NCBI GenBank assembly: GCA_030532575.1
Contig: JAUNKV010000004.1
Span: 53,243-117,242 of the forward strand
Reading direction: 5' to 3'
DNA from: Propionibacteriaceae bacterium
GTDB lineage: Bacteria > Actinomycetota > Actinomycetes > Propionibacteriales > Propionibacteriaceae
Length of the DNA stretch: 64,000 bases
Position 1 is the stretch's first letter. Each line of letters opens with the position of its first letter. Under the pieces are notes generated by a model that saw only the letters and a program-made list of their open reading frames with translations, searched no databases and was not told the DNA's origin. The translations under genes were made by a program, and so were the position numbers. Positions 9,656-24,070 of the stretch are shown here, piece by piece.

Positions 9656-10998
9656 GCTCCCCTGAGCAAGACCCCTCGACCACACCTGAGGGCTCGCCCG
9701 AGGACGAACCGACGCCTCAGACTCCGGCCGTACCGGACTCCCCCACCGAGCCCCCCGTGCAGCGTCGCCGTCGCGGCCTGTTCAGTCGCCGCAACGCGAA
9801 GGTACCGAGGGATGACCAACAGACCCGCTCCTGGGGCAGCAGGGCGCGGGGCCACCTCGAAGGCCTGCTCGGCAATGCCGGGCGCGGTGCCCGTCAACTG
9901 CTGACCCCGACCCCGGAGCCGCAGAACCTCCCAGTGCCTCCCATCATCGTCAACAACGATTCCCCCCGGCTGCTGTCCTACTCCCCCTTCAGCATCGGTT
10001 TCATCGGTGCGCTCGGTGTGCTGTTCGCCATCGCTCTGATCGGTGCTGCAATCCGAGTGCAGCACGTCCTGGTGCTGGTGGTGCTCTCGCTGTTCCTGGC
10101 CCTGGGGTTGAACCCTGCCGTGGAGTTCTTCACCCGACGGCGGGTCCCGCGCCCGATCGCCGTCTTCGTGGTCACGATGGCGCTGCTGGGAGTGGTGGTC
10201 CTCGGGATCACCGCCATCGTCCCTGTACTCAGCACCCAGGTGCAGTCGCTGACCAACCAGGTGCCCCATTGGTTGGAGATGCTGAACTCCAACGAGCAGA
10301 TCGCGACCTGGAACCGCGAGTACGACATCATCAACCAGGTCAAGACCTACATCACCTCCGGCAACATCGTCCAGAACCTGTTCGGCGGCATCTGGGGAGC
10401 TGGCGTGCTGCTGGCCAACCTCATCTTCTCGCTCATCATCACGCTGGTGTTGACGATCTACTTCCTGGCCTCGCTGCCACTCATCAAGGAGGCCATCTAC
10501 AAGATGGCCCCGGGGTCGCGTCGGGACCGAGCCCGTTACCTGGCCAACGAGATCTTCCGCGGCATCTCGGGCTACATCACCGGGATGTTCCTGATCGTGA
10601 CGGTGGCCTCCGTGTGTGCCTACATCTTCATGAACATCATCGGGTTGGGGGCCTACTCCCTGGCCCTGGCCTTCGTCGTCGCGATGTTCTGCTTCATCCC
10701 CCTGGTCGGCTCCTCGATGGCGATGATCGCTGTCGCCCTGGTCGGTTTCGGCACCTCCCCCGCAACCGGGGTCGCCACCATCATCTACTTCTTGATCTAC
10801 CAGCAGTTCGACGCCTACCTCCTCTACCCCACCGTCATGAAGCACACGGTGAAGGTGCCGGGAGCCCTGGTGGTGCTCTCCGCCGTCATCGGTGGCCTCC
10901 TGCTCGGTGTGATCGGGGCACTGATCGCCATCCCGACGACCGCCGCGATCCTGCTGCTCTACCGAGAGGTGCTGCAACCCCATCTCGATGCGAGCTGA
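9652..10998 (+). CDS. AI-2E family transporter (PerM/YdiK-like)
   Basis: Eight-TM profile with the conserved 'YFL..LP' and 'IPLVG' segments. Start overlaps the upstream stop (ATGA). Confidence 0.8.
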   Translation: MSSPEQDPSTTPEGSPEDEPTPQTPAVPDSPTEPPVQRRRRGLFSRRNAKVPRDDQQTRSWGSRARGHLEGLLGNAGRGARQLLTPTPEPQNLPVPPIIVNNDSPRLLSYSPFSIGFIGALGVLFAIALIGAAIRVQHVLVLVVLSLFLALGLNPAVEFFTRRRVPRPIAVFVVTMALLGVVVLGITAIVPVLSTQVQSLTNQVPHWLEMLNSNEQIATWNREYDIINQVKTYITSGNIVQNLFGGIWGAGVLLANLIFSLIITLVLTIYFLASLPLIKEAIYKMAPGSRRDRARYLANEIFRGISGYITGMFLIVTVASVCAYIFMNIIGLGAYSLALAFVVAMFCFIPLVGSSMAMIAVALVGFGTSPATGVATIIYFLIYQQFDAYLLYPTVMKHTVKVPGALVVLSAVIGGLLLGVIGALIAIPTTAAILLLYREVLQPHLDAS

Positions 10999-11027
10999 GA
11001 CCAGAACCGGTGAGGTAGGTTTGGCCT

Positions 11028-11720
11028 GTGCGCCTCATGATTGCCCAGTGCCAGGTTGACTATTCCGGTCGACTCACCGCCCATCTCCCGATGGCGAAGC
11101 GACTCATCATGGTCAAATCCGACGGCTCTGTCTCCATCCATGCCGACGACCGCGCCTACAAACCATTGAACTGGATGAGTGCCCCCTGCACCCTGACCAT
11201 CAGCGAACCGGATGAGCTGGCCGAGGCCGCCGGTGCCTCCCAGCTGTGGCAGGTCCGTTCCAAGGACGGCGACACCCTGCGGATCGCCATCGGTGAGATC
11301 CATCTCGACGAGGAGCAGACCTTCGGAGCCGATCCCGGGCTGCAGAAGGATGGAGTCGAAGCCCACCTGCAGGCCCTGCTCGCGGAACACCCCGGAACCT
11401 TCGGTGAGGGCTGGAAGCTCGTCAAACGGGAGTACTACACTGCCATCGGTCCGGTGGACCTGCTGCTGCGGGACCCTGACGGCCTGCATGTCGCCGTGGA
11501 GGTGAAACGACGCGGTGAGATCGATGGTGTAGAGCAACTGACCCGCTACCTGGAACTGATGAACCGCGATCCCCAGATCGCCCCGGTCAGGGGGGTCTTC
11601 GCAGCCCAACAGATCAAGCCCCAGGCAGCCACGTTGGCAGCCGACCGTGGCATCGCCTGCCAGCTGCTCGACTACGACGCACTGCGCGGCATGGACAACG
11701 CCGAGGAGCGGTTGTTCTGA
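11028..11720 (+). CDS. nucS: Endonuclease NucS (mismatch-specific EndoMS)
   Basis: '[16 protein letters not shown]' canonical NucS N-terminus with a RecB-like C-terminal nuclease motif. GTG start with GGTGAGGTAGG RBS. Confidence 0.9.
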   Translation: MRLMIAQCQVDYSGRLTAHLPMAKRLIMVKSDGSVSIHADDRAYKPLNWMSAPCTLTISEPDELAEAAGASQLWQVRSKDGDTLRIAIGEIHLDEEQTFGADPGLQKDGVEAHLQALLAEHPGTFGEGWKLVKREYYTAIGPVDLLLRDPDGLHVAVEVKRRGEIDGVEQLTRYLELMNRDPQIAPVRGVFAAQQIKPQAATLAADRGIACQLLDYDALRGMDNAEERLF

Positions 11721-11995
11721 TGGCCCGCCGCCCGTCGAAGCACCTGCGCCCACCGCGTCCCCTGGACACCTCCCGCGCCGCCCGACGCGAACACAGGCAG
11801 GCCGGTTCCTACATGGTGCGCGACGTGCCTGCCCATCGGGCCGAGAAGTCCTACACCTGTCCCGGCTGCCAGTCGGTCATCCCAGCGGGAATGGCCCACC
11901 TCGTCGCGTGGCCGGAGGAGCCCGGGCTTGGCTTCGCCTCAGGAATCGAACAGCGTCGTCACTGGCACACCCACTGCTGGAGGTTGCACCGATGA
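11720..11995 (+). CDS. Conserved hypothetical Cys/His-containing protein translationally coupled to nucS
   Basis: TGATG overlap with nucS at the 5' end and ATGA overlap with the hydrolase at the 3' end. CPGC...HWHTHC suggests a possible metal site. Confidence 0.5.
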   Translation: MARRPSKHLRPPRPLDTSRAARREHRQAGSYMVRDVPAHRAEKSYTCPGCQSVIPAGMAHLVAWPEEPGLGFASGIEQRRHWHTHCWRLHR

Positions 11996-12780
11996 TCCAC
12001 TCCACGACGGTTGGCACCGGCCCCGTCCAGCTGGTCTTCCTGCACGGCCTGTTCGGGCGGGGCAAGAACTTCTCCCGGATCGCCGATGCCCTGTCCGATC
12101 TCGCGACCTGCCACCTGGTGGATCTTCCCAACCACGGTTCTTCCTCCTGGACCATCGACTTCTCCCTGGACGGGCAGGCCTACCACATCGCCTCTTGGAT
12201 CGCAGACCACCTCACCGACCCGGTCTCCGTCATCGGCCACTCCCTGGGCGGCAAGCTCGCGATGCGGCTGGCACTGAGCTACCCGGAGGCGGTGGAGCGC
12301 CTCATGGTCGTGGACATCTCACCGACGCGCAGTGAGGGGCCCGCCAGTTTCGCCCCGCTGGTCGCCGCGATGCAGGGCCTCGACCTGGAGAACCTGACCA
12401 GCCGCAGCGCAGCCAGTGACCTCCTGAAGGCGGAGATCCCCGACCCCGTGGTCCGTGGTTTCCTGCTCCAGAACCTCCGCAAGGTGGCCACGGGCTGGAC
12501 GTGGGATGCCAACCTGGACCTGCTCGGCGACTCGTTGTCGAAGATCGGCGGGTGGCCCCCGACCAGCGCGGTCTACGAGGGCCCGGTGTGGTGGGTCTCC
12601 GGGGGGCGTTCCCCCTATGTGCAGCCGGAGCACACCACCGACATGAAGAAGCTGTTTCCCCTGGTGGTCAGCATCCGGCTGAAACGTGCCGGACACTGGG
12701 TCCACGCAGAGGAACCCGAGGCCTTCATCACCTTGTGTCGGGAGTTCCTGGCCTCGGGTCCAGCACTCAGCCCAGCGTGA
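11992..12780 (+). CDS. Alpha/beta-fold hydrolase
   Basis: 'LVFLHGLFG' oxyanion-hole motif and 'GHSLGG' nucleophile elbow. ATG at 11992. Confidence 0.8.
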   Translation: MIHSTTVGTGPVQLVFLHGLFGRGKNFSRIADALSDLATCHLVDLPNHGSSSWTIDFSLDGQAYHIASWIADHLTDPVSVIGHSLGGKLAMRLALSYPEAVERLMVVDISPTRSEGPASFAPLVAAMQGLDLENLTSRSAASDLLKAEIPDPVVRGFLLQNLRKVATGWTWDANLDLLGDSLSKIGGWPPTSAVYEGPVWWVSGGRSPYVQPEHTTDMKKLFPLVVSIRLKRAGHWVHAEEPEAFITLCREFLASGPALSPA

Positions 12781-13459
12781 CCGAGGTGATCTTCGCCTCC
12801 GCGATGGGGGTCATCCTGTCCGCCGCATCCACCCCTTGGGCCGCGATGCCCCGCACCACCTCGAGACCGGCCGCATCGACCTTCCCGAAGACCGCGTAGT
12901 CGGGAGGCAGCGGGGTGTTGTCCCACACGATGAACCACTGCGAGCCACCGGTCTCTGGCCCAGCGTTGGCCATCGCGACCGTGCCGGGTGGGTAGTTCAC
13001 GTTGTCGTTGTCCACCTTCTCCAGCGAGGTCGTGTTCGGCGTGAGCTCATCGGGGATGGTGTAGCCGGGGCCGCCGGTTCCCCTGCCGCTGGGGTCCCCA
13101 CACTGGAGCACGAAGATTCCATGATCCACGAGCCGATGGCAGGAGGTGTCGTCGAACCAGCCCTGCTGAGCCAATGAGACGAAGGAGTTGACGGTGCACG
13201 GCGCTGTCGCCCGATCCATCGTGATCTCCAGGTCCCCTGCGGTCATGTGCACGGTGACCTTCGCCTCGCCGGTGTTGATGACATCGTTCTCCGACGGCGG
13301 ATCCACCGGCTTGACCGGCTCCCCGGCGAGAGGGTAGGCGCAGGCTGAAGCCCGGGTGACCCCCTCCTGTTCGGGACGAGGAGCGGAATCATTGGCATTC
13401 GTACAACCGATCAGCACGACGGCAGTGGCCATCACTGGGGCAGCATGTCGAAGCTTCAT
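12767..13459 (-). CDS. Peptidyl-prolyl cis-trans isomerase, cyclophilin type (lipoprotein)
   Basis: Lipobox 'LIGC' signal peptide plus cyclophilin motifs ('FHRLV..GIFVLQCGDP', 'GTVAMAN'). Confidence 0.85.
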   Translation of the reverse strand: MKLRHAAPVMATAVVLIGCTNANDSAPRPEQEGVTRASACAYPLAGEPVKPVDPPSENDVINTGEAKVTVHMTAGDLEITMDRATAPCTVNSFVSLAQQGWFDDTSCHRLVDHGIFVLQCGDPSGRGTGGPGYTIPDELTPNTTSLEKVDNDNVNYPPGTVAMANAGPETGGSQWFIVWDNTPLPPDYAVFGKVDAAGLEVVRGIAAQGVDAADRMTPIAEAKITSVTLG

Positions 13460-13543
13460 GGCCGGTATCTTACGGAATGCCCTTGCTCACAGGCGGTTGA
13501 CGGGCCGCCACGTACAATCCCGTGAACACTCTAAGCTTGGGGC

Positions 13544-14170
13544 ATGGTGAATCTCACACGGATCTACACCCGCACGGGAGATGCCGGGAACACGCGCCTG
13601 TCGGACAATGCCGAGGTGCCGAAGACCGATCTCAGGGTGGAGGCCTACGGAGCGGTGGACGAGACCAACTCGTGCCTCGCCGTCGCCCTCTCCCACGGCG
13701 GGCTACCGGAGCGGGTCGTGGAGATGCTGGACCTCATCCGCAACGAGTTGTTCGATGTCGGCGCCGACCTCAGCACCCCCAAGCATCCCTCTCCGCCCTG
13801 GCCACCGCTTCGGATTGAGCAGGCCTCCATCGATCGGCTGGAGGCCTGGTGTGACGAGCTGGGGGCGGCGCTGCCAACGTTGCGTTCCTTCATCCTCCCC
13901 GGCGGTTCCCCCGCTGTCGCGGGGTTGCACCTGGCGCGCACCACCTGCCGCCGTGCCGAGCGGATCGCCTGGCGCGCGGTCGAGACCCACGGGACCGAGC
14001 CCTCGCCCGAGAAGGGGATGGGGGGGATCAACGTCCTGGCGGTGACCTATCTGAACCGGTTGAGCGATCTGCTGTTCATCATGTGCCGGGCTGCTGCGGG
14101 CAGCGACGGCGATGTCCTCTGGGTACCGGGTACCGACCGCGAGCCCCCACAACAACACTCAGGGCGGTGA
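13544..14170 (+). CDS. ATP:cob(I)alamin adenosyltransferase, PduO type
   Basis: 'MVNLTRIYTRTGDAGNT' is the canonical PduO/MMAB N-terminus. Confidence 0.8.
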   Translation: MVNLTRIYTRTGDAGNTRLSDNAEVPKTDLRVEAYGAVDETNSCLAVALSHGGLPERVVEMLDLIRNELFDVGADLSTPKHPSPPWPPLRIEQASIDRLEAWCDELGAALPTLRSFILPGGSPAVAGLHLARTTCRRAERIAWRAVETHGTEPSPEKGMGGINVLAVTYLNRLSDLLFIMCRAAAGSDGDVLWVPGTDREPPQQHSGR

Positions 14171-14620
14171 ATCCGCACTTCCTGGCACCCAGTGGCTCCC
14201 GGGTGGTGCCGATTCCAGCCAGGCCATGAGCGCCATGACGTTCTCCAGATCCATCGCCAGAGTGTGCTCGTGGCCGGTGACCCGGTCTCTGATCCGTACC
14301 ACCCAGGACTGATTGAACAACGTCACCTCCTCCACGGGGGTGGCGGCCCGACGATGCAGCCACACCGTTGTGGCCCTGGGGAAGGAGCGTGTCGGCCGCA
14401 GCGAGAAGGAGAAGGCGCGGTACCAGTCCAGGCGGTCGTCACGGTAGCGCCCGAAGCCGAGCGCCCACCCGGCCTCTGGCGGGTGCTCCCGCATCCGGTG
14501 CGCACAATCAAAAAGGCCGCCCTGGTTGGAGAGCCAGCGGCGGCGTGCATAGAGCAGGACCAAGGGAAGCAGACAAACAGCGATGATGCCCACGATCACC
14601 CCAAGCGTCGTCCAACCCAT
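14159..14620 (-). CDS. DUF2550-like membrane protein (conserved neighbour of atpC in actinobacteria)
   Basis: N-terminal TM then a soluble domain. Positioned like M. tuberculosis Rv1312 after atpC. Confidence 0.55.
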   Translation of the reverse strand: MGWTTLGVIVGIIAVCLLPLVLLYARRRWLSNQGGLFDCAHRMREHPPEAGWALGFGRYRDDRLDWYRAFSFSLRPTRSFPRATTVWLHRRAATPVEEVTLFNQSWVVRIRDRVTGHEHTLAMDLENVMALMAWLESAPPGSHWVPGSADSPP

Positions 14621-14712
14621 GAGTGAAAAGATAGCGGCAACATCGTCATCTGACGAGATGGGGGCAACACCGATGCCGGTGTTGCCCCCAAAAGAACGAC
14701 AGGCGCGAAGGC

Positions 14713-17488
<2,776 letters not shown>

Positions 17489-17494
17489 GGGGCC

Positions 17495-19132
<1,638 letters not shown>

Positions 19133-19164
19133 TGCGTCCTACTTTCGCTTCTCGCTTGGAGTTT

Positions 19165-19956
19165 TCAGTTCAGTTGCCGGCGGACATCGTCGAGCCGCGC
19201 GGCGATGGTGGATTCGTACACGTCAGACCCGAGGGTGACGCTCATGCCGCCGAGCACGGCCGGGTCAACCTCGAACTGGAGGAAGACCTTCCCATCGACC
19301 TGGGCCTCGAGGGCCTTGCGGAGCCGCTGCGTACGTGCGGCATCCAGCGGCCGGGCCACGACCACACGGGCGACCCGTTCCTGGGCCAGTTCCGCAGCCA
19401 GGGCGAGGTAGTGCCTCAACGTCAGCGCAACGGTCCGCTTCCGAGCGGCTGCAGCACGGCTGGCCAACGCCCTGGTCACCCCGGTGGCCTTGCCACTGAG
19501 AAGCCTGCCGATGAGCGAGCGGCGGTCCGCCAGGCTCCGGCCACGGTTGCGCAGTGCATCGGCCAGCTCGGGGGAACCGTCGATGGCGCTGGCGAACTGG
19601 TTCAGCTCCTCCTGGACGCGCTCCAGTTCACCGACATCCCTCGCGGTTCTCAACAGACCACGGATGCCCTGCCGCTCGATGGCGCCGACGAGCGCACCAC
19701 CGCTGGCCCAGGCCTGGCCTGCAATCTCACTGACGACGGTCAGCGCCGCCGGTGAGACCCGACCTTCGAGGAGCCGCCGTGCCAGGGCCTGCCGGTCCTT
19801 CGGGGTGGCCGAGGGATCCGACAGGGAGCGACGCAGCGGTGGCTGCTCCTCCAGCAGGTCGACGACGGCGAACAGCTCGCCTCCGGCCTGCTCGTCGATG
19901 CGCGTGGCATCGGCGACGGCGTCGAAGGAGCTGAGGGCGGCGTCGTGTGACTTCAT
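19165..19956 (-). CDS. atpH: F0F1 ATP synthase subunit delta
   Basis: Position and OSCP-like C-terminus. Confidence 0.8.
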   Translation of the reverse strand: MKSHDAALSSFDAVADATRIDEQAGGELFAVVDLLEEQPPLRRSLSDPSATPKDRQALARRLLEGRVSPAALTVVSEIAGQAWASGGALVGAIERQGIRGLLRTARDVGELERVQEELNQFASAIDGSPELADALRNRGRSLADRRSLIGRLLSGKATGVTRALASRAAAARKRTVALTLRHYLALAAELAQERVARVVVARPLDAARTQRLRKALEAQVDGKVFLQFEVDPAVLGGMSVTLGSDVYESTIAARLDDVRRQLN

Positions 19957-20504
19957 CGGGCCCTGCCTGCCGCTTCGAGTTCACTCAGGAACCGGTCGAC
20001 GGTGCGATTGGCGCGCTCGTCGTCGGTGAGGGATTCACCCACGATCTTGCCTGCCAGGGTCGTCGCCAGGCCACCGATCTCGCCGCGCAGTTCAGCCATC
20101 AGCTGGCTGCGTTCGGCCTCGAGCTGGGCACGCCCGGAGGCCAGGATCCGGTCGGACTCCTTCACGGCCTTCTCGCGAGCATCGGCCAGCAACTGGGCAC
20201 TGGCGTTCTTGGCCTCCTCGCGGATACGCGCGGCTTCCTCACGAGCGGAACTCAGCTGGTCGTTGTACTCGGCGAGTGCCGCCTCCGCCTTGGCCTCGGC
20301 CTGCTCGGCCCGACGGATGCCGCCCTCGATGCGTTGGTAACGCTCCTCGTACATCTTCTCGAAGGCCGGGACGACGACCTTCCACATGACGAGGAACACC
20401 AGCAGCATCAAGATGATGCCGACGACGACCTCGGAGAGGTGATGGGGCAGAAGAGGTCCGAGATCGATCCCGGACTCGAGCAACGCCCCTGCAACGGGGA
20501 CCAC
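19953..20504 (-). CDS. atpF: F0F1 ATP synthase subunit b
   Basis: Single N-terminal TM then a long charged helix. Confidence 0.85.
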   Translation of the reverse strand: MVPVAGALLESGIDLGPLLPHHLSEVVVGIILMLLVFLVMWKVVVPAFEKMYEERYQRIEGGIRRAEQAEAKAEAALAEYNDQLSSAREEAARIREEAKNASAQLLADAREKAVKESDRILASGRAQLEAERSQLMAELRGEIGGLATTLAGKIVGESLTDDERANRTVDRFLSELEAAGRAR

Positions 20505-20512
20505 GTTGAACC

Positions 20513-20737
20513 TCAGTTCAGGACGAAGGCGAGGGCGATGGCGATGATGGCGAGGGCCTCAACCACGGCGAAACCGATGAAGGCGGTGCTCATCATGGCG
20601 CCACGGGCCTCGGGCTGACGGGCGGTGCCGTTGATGACGGAGGCGAAGATCCACGCCACACCCAGCGCCGGAGCGATGGTGGCGATGGCGTAGCCGATCA
20701 TGTTGAGCGAGCCGTTGATTTCCAGGAGGGTCAGCAT
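20513..20737 (-). CDS. atpE: F0F1 ATP synthase subunit c
   Basis: Hairpin proteolipid with 'GTARQPEA' loop and a conserved carboxylate in helix 2. Confidence 0.85.
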   Translation of the reverse strand: MLTLLEINGSLNMIGYAIATIAPALGVAWIFASVINGTARQPEARGAMMSTAFIGFAVVEALAIIAIALAFVLN

Positions 20738-20793
20738 GGTTTTCCTTTTCTCGGTGGCCCCTGACCGGGATTGGTCAGGGGTCTGGATCTGGG

Positions 20794-21597
20794 TCAGTGC
20801 GCCTCGGAGATCGAGGTGGACACGTACTGGGCGGTGAGGACAGTGAAGATGTAGGCCTGGAGCGCACCGATGAACAACTCGAGGAAGAGGATGGCGAAGC
20901 TGAAGGCCACGGAGACCCCACCCGAGATGTTGTACATCAGGTTGTTCTGGAATGTCAGCAGGAAGGAGCCCCCGACCACGAAGACCAGCACGACGAGGTG
21001 CCCGGCGAACATGTTGGCGAACAGACGCAGCGCCAAGGTGACAGGTCGGGTGACGAAGGTGGCGAGGAACTCCAGCGGAACGATGAGCGGCAGCAGGTAC
21101 CAGGGAACCCCGTCAGGCACCAGCGCCCGCTTGAGGAAACCGATCCCGAACTTCTGGAACCCGGCGCCGACGTAGACGCACCAGGACAGGAAGGCCAGGC
21201 CGTAGGCGAAACCGACATTGCTGAAGGTCGGGAGCATGAAGAGGAAGAACTCGCCGAACCAGTTGTTGACCAGCAGGAAGGAGAACAGACCCAGCAGGTA
21301 GGGCAGGAACCTCCTGTAGTCGTGGTGGAGGATGTCACGGGCGATGCCGTTGCGCACGAACTCGTAGATGGACTCCGCGAGGAACTGCTTCTTGCTCGGC
21401 TTGACCTGGAGTTTCCGCGACGCCAGCCACCACAGCCCGACCACCAGCAGGGCACCGATGACAGCCTGCCAGAAGGGCTTGTTCATCCAGACGGGGGTGC
21501 CGGGGATGACCGGGGTGTCGAAGATGAAGTCGTTGACACTGGGGGGTGTGTACCCACCGTCGTGGCCGCTCTCCAGCGGAAGAAGCCAGGGGATCAC
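20794..21597 (-). CDS. atpB: F0F1 ATP synthase subunit a
   Basis: Polytopic protein with the conserved Arg helix 'LRLFANMFAGH'. GTG start at 21597 chosen because it overlaps the upstream stop as GTGA; the in-frame upstream extension was rejected. Confidence 0.8.
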   Translation of the reverse strand: MIPWLLPLESGHDGGYTPPSVNDFIFDTPVIPGTPVWMNKPFWQAVIGALLVVGLWWLASRKLQVKPSKKQFLAESIYEFVRNGIARDILHHDYRRFLPYLLGLFSFLLVNNWFGEFFLFMLPTFSNVGFAYGLAFLSWCVYVGAGFQKFGIGFLKRALVPDGVPWYLLPLIVPLEFLATFVTRPVTLALRLFANMFAGHLVVLVFVVGGSFLLTFQNNLMYNISGGVSVAFSFAILFLELFIGALQAYIFTVLTAQYVSTSISEAH

Positions 21598-21818
21598 GCG
21601 CCGCTCCCGTATCTCTTGATGATCATGTAGATGCTGCTCACCAGGCCGATGATGAGGCCGAGCGGCAGCAGCCACGAGGTCTTCCAGTAGTGGTCTCCCA
21701 GCCAGCCGAGCCCTCCGTAGAAGAGCAGTCCGGCAAGGATGTAACTGAGCACGACCATGCCGTCCTCGGTACCGCCCCGATGCCCGGGCTTCTCCTCGGT
21801 CTCTGGTGTGGTGCCCAT
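21594..21818 (-). CDS. AtpZ/AtpI-family small membrane protein
   Basis: Two-TM 74-aa protein immediately upstream of atpB on the same strand. Confidence 0.5.
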   Translation of the reverse strand: MGTTPETEEKPGHRGGTEDGMVVLSYILAGLLFYGGLGWLGDHYWKTSWLLPLGLIIGLVSSIYMIIKRYGSGA

Positions 21819-21877
21819 GTCGGGAGTGAGCCTAGCGGAAAAACCTCCCGCTCACACACCCGGGGCCTCAGCGTCGC

Positions 21878-22315
21878 TCAGTCGTCATGGATGTCGTAGA
21901 CGGGAACCCGTTGCCGCGCCGCGGTCAGCACCACCCCGGTGGTCCAGGCGAGCACGGTGACCACCACAGCGGCAGCCAGCCAACCACGGTCGATGGCAGC
22001 ACCGATCACGGGGTGTCCGAGCAGGAACCACAGCCCGGCCCCGATCCCGGTGACCCGGATGGCATAGCTCGCCAGGACGATTCCCATCCCCTGGGTCGGC
22101 TCCAGCTCGCAGGCCACGACCTCGATCGCCTGCCCGATGGAGAAGAAGATGACCACGGCGGCGAAACCGAGCAGGGCTCCCACCAGGGCCTTGCTCCCCA
22201 CCACGAGTGCGAGTCCGCACACCCCCAGACCGAGGGCGTGTCCGGCCACCAGGCCTCCGAGCATCATCTGCCGGGCCCGGCGTGTCGCCCCGGTGACCCG
22301 GCGCTCACTGCGCAT
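21878..22315 (-). CDS. Hypothetical 4-TM membrane protein (positional equivalent of M. tuberculosis Rv1303)
   Basis: Hydrophobic 145-aa protein lying between rfe and the atp operon. Confidence 0.5.
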   Translation of the reverse strand: MRSERRVTGATRRARQMMLGGLVAGHALGLGVCGLALVVGSKALVGALLGFAAVVIFFSIGQAIEVVACELEPTQGMGIVLASYAIRVTGIGAGLWFLLGHPVIGAAIDRGWLAAAVVVTVLAWTTGVVLTAARQRVPVYDIHDD

Positions 22316-23417
22316 GGGATCTCTCCTTGAGCTTCTTCACGGGCAGCAGGGTCAGCACCAGCAGAGCCACCGTGCCCAGCACGAAGAGCCACCAGGTGGC
22401 GGGATGGTTCAGCAGGACGGTGCACACCAGGCCACCGGAGATGGCGAAGGTCCAGGCGTACAGGATGACCACCGCTCCTCGGTGGCTGTGCCCACGAGCC
22501 ATCAGCCGGTGGTGCAGGTGCTGCTTGTCGGGGACGAACCAGTGTTGCCCACGCGCGGTGCGTCGGATGTAGGCCAGCACGAGGTCCGCCATCGGGAGGA
22601 ACAAGGTGGCGAAGGGCAGCAGGATCGGCAACACCGCTGGCCACACGTCCCCCGGGGTGTCGCTCAGTGCGCTCGGATCCACCTGCCCGGTGAAGGAGAT
22701 CGCGCTCATCGCCATGAGCAGCCCCAGCAGCATCGCCCCGGAGTCTCCCATGAACATCCGGGCGGGCTGGAAGTTGTGGCCCAGGAAGCCGAGGCAGACC
22801 CCCACCGTCGCCGCGGTCAGCAGGCTCGCCGTGGTGGCGCGGCTCAACTCCTGCTCATAGGCGAGCACGTAGGAATAGGCGAAGAAGGCCCCCGCGCCGA
22901 TGGCGACGACCCCGGCCGCCAAGCCGTCGAGCCCATCGACGAAGTTCACCGCGTTGACACACATCGCGATGAAGAAGACGGTGATGAGAATGGATGTGGC
23001 CTCGTCGAGGCTGATGACGGCGTTCGGCAGCGGGATCCAGAAGATCTTCACCCCGCCCAGCACGGCGATACCCGCAGCCAGCACCTGTCCCCCGAACTTC
23101 ACCAGAGCCGGCAGGTCGTACTTGTCGTCGAGCACCCCGACCAGACAGATCACCCCTCCGGCGACGAGCACCACGGCGGCGTCGTGGCCGACAGTTGCCA
23201 GCCGGGACAGGAAAGGCATCTGCAGCGCCAGCAACATGCTGATGCCCAACCCGCCGAGCATCGCGATCCCACCGAAGTACGGGACTGGTCGGCTGTGGAC
23301 ATCCCTGGAACGCACCTGGGCCAGCACCCCCCAGCGCATGGCAAGTTCTCGGCACAGCCCCGCCAACAGGTAGGTCGAAGCTGCCGCGACGAGCAGGACC
23401 AGCAGGTACTCGCGCAT
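22305..23417 (-). CDS. wecA: UDP-GlcNAc:undecaprenyl-phosphate GlcNAc-1-phosphate transferase (GT4 MraY/WecA family)
   Basis: 'VLDDKYDLPALVKF', 'NAVNFVDGLDGLA' and 'MGDSGAML' motifs. Matches rfe (Rv1302) in position. Confidence 0.85.
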   Translation of the reverse strand: MREYLLVLLVAAASTYLLAGLCRELAMRWGVLAQVRSRDVHSRPVPYFGGIAMLGGLGISMLLALQMPFLSRLATVGHDAAVVLVAGGVICLVGVLDDKYDLPALVKFGGQVLAAGIAVLGGVKIFWIPLPNAVISLDEATSILITVFFIAMCVNAVNFVDGLDGLAAGVVAIGAGAFFAYSYVLAYEQELSRATTASLLTAATVGVCLGFLGHNFQPARMFMGDSGAMLLGLLMAMSAISFTGQVDPSALSDTPGDVWPAVLPILLPFATLFLPMADLVLAYIRRTARGQHWFVPDKQHLHHRLMARGHSHRGAVVILYAWTFAISGGLVCTVLLNHPATWWLFVLGTVALLVLTLLPVKKLKERSHAQ

Positions 23418-24070
23418 CAGTCAGCCTGGATCTCCGGCACGACCTCGCGCAGTTCCTCGACGCTGATCGCCCCCGGCCGCAGCACCCGGCCGTGGTCGGT
23501 GACGGTGAAGTCCACGATGGTTGAGGCAGCCCCTCCGGGAGCCTGGCCCCCGTCGAGGTAGACCGCCACCGCTTCGCCCAGCATCTCCTGGGCGGCCTCG
23601 GCCGTCGTCGCTGCCGGAGCACCCGTGACATTGGCCGAGCTCACCGCCAGCGGGCCGGTGCGGCGTAGCAGGTCGCGTGCGTCGTCGTGGTCGGGGACCC
23701 GGACCGCAACGGTGCCCTCGGCCTCACCGAGGTCAAGTTTCAGGGCTCGCTGAGCTGGCAGGATCACGGTCAACGCGCCCGGCCAGAACCGATCCACCAG
23801 GGCCTTGGCCGCCTCGGGGAGCTCAGCGGTCAGCGCCCGCAGCATCGAGGCCTCGGCGATCAGCACCGGGGCAGGCATGTCACGACCACGCTGCTTCGCC
23901 GCGAGCAGGCGAGCCACGGCCTCGGGGTCGAAGGCACCTGCCCCGACCCCATAGACGGTGTCGGTGGGCAGCACCACGCACTGCCCCTGGAGCACGGCAC
24001 GCCGGGCAGCCTCGAGGGCTTCCTCCCGCTGAGTTGCCAGTGAGAACATCTGGGAACCGGTTTCGTTCAC
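23417..24070 (-). CDS. tsaC: L-threonylcarbamoyladenylate synthase (Sua5/YrdC/TsaC)
   Basis: 'VVLPTDTVYGVGAGAFD' YrdC motif. Confidence 0.85.
   Translation of the reverse strand: MNETGSQMFSLATQREEALEAARRAVLQGQCVVLPTDTVYGVGAGAFDPEAVARLLAAKQRGRDMPAPVLIAEASMLRALTAELPEAAKALVDRFWPGALTVILPAQRALKLDLGEAEGTVAVRVPDHDDARDLLRRTGPLAVSSANVTGAPAATTAEAAQEMLGEAVAVYLDGGQAPGGAASTIVDFTVTDHGRVLRPGAISVEELREVVPEIQAD

Noticed and set aside
9304-10983. 559-aa minus-strand ORF rich in His/Asp/Gly
   Set aside because: Antisense to the AI-2E transporter gene. Low-complexity composition typical of GC-frame artefacts.
13496-13518. TTGACG ... TACAAT possible promoter upstream of the PduO-type gene
   Set aside because: The spacer between the hexamers is only about 10 nt, so it does not fit a sigma-70 promoter geometry.
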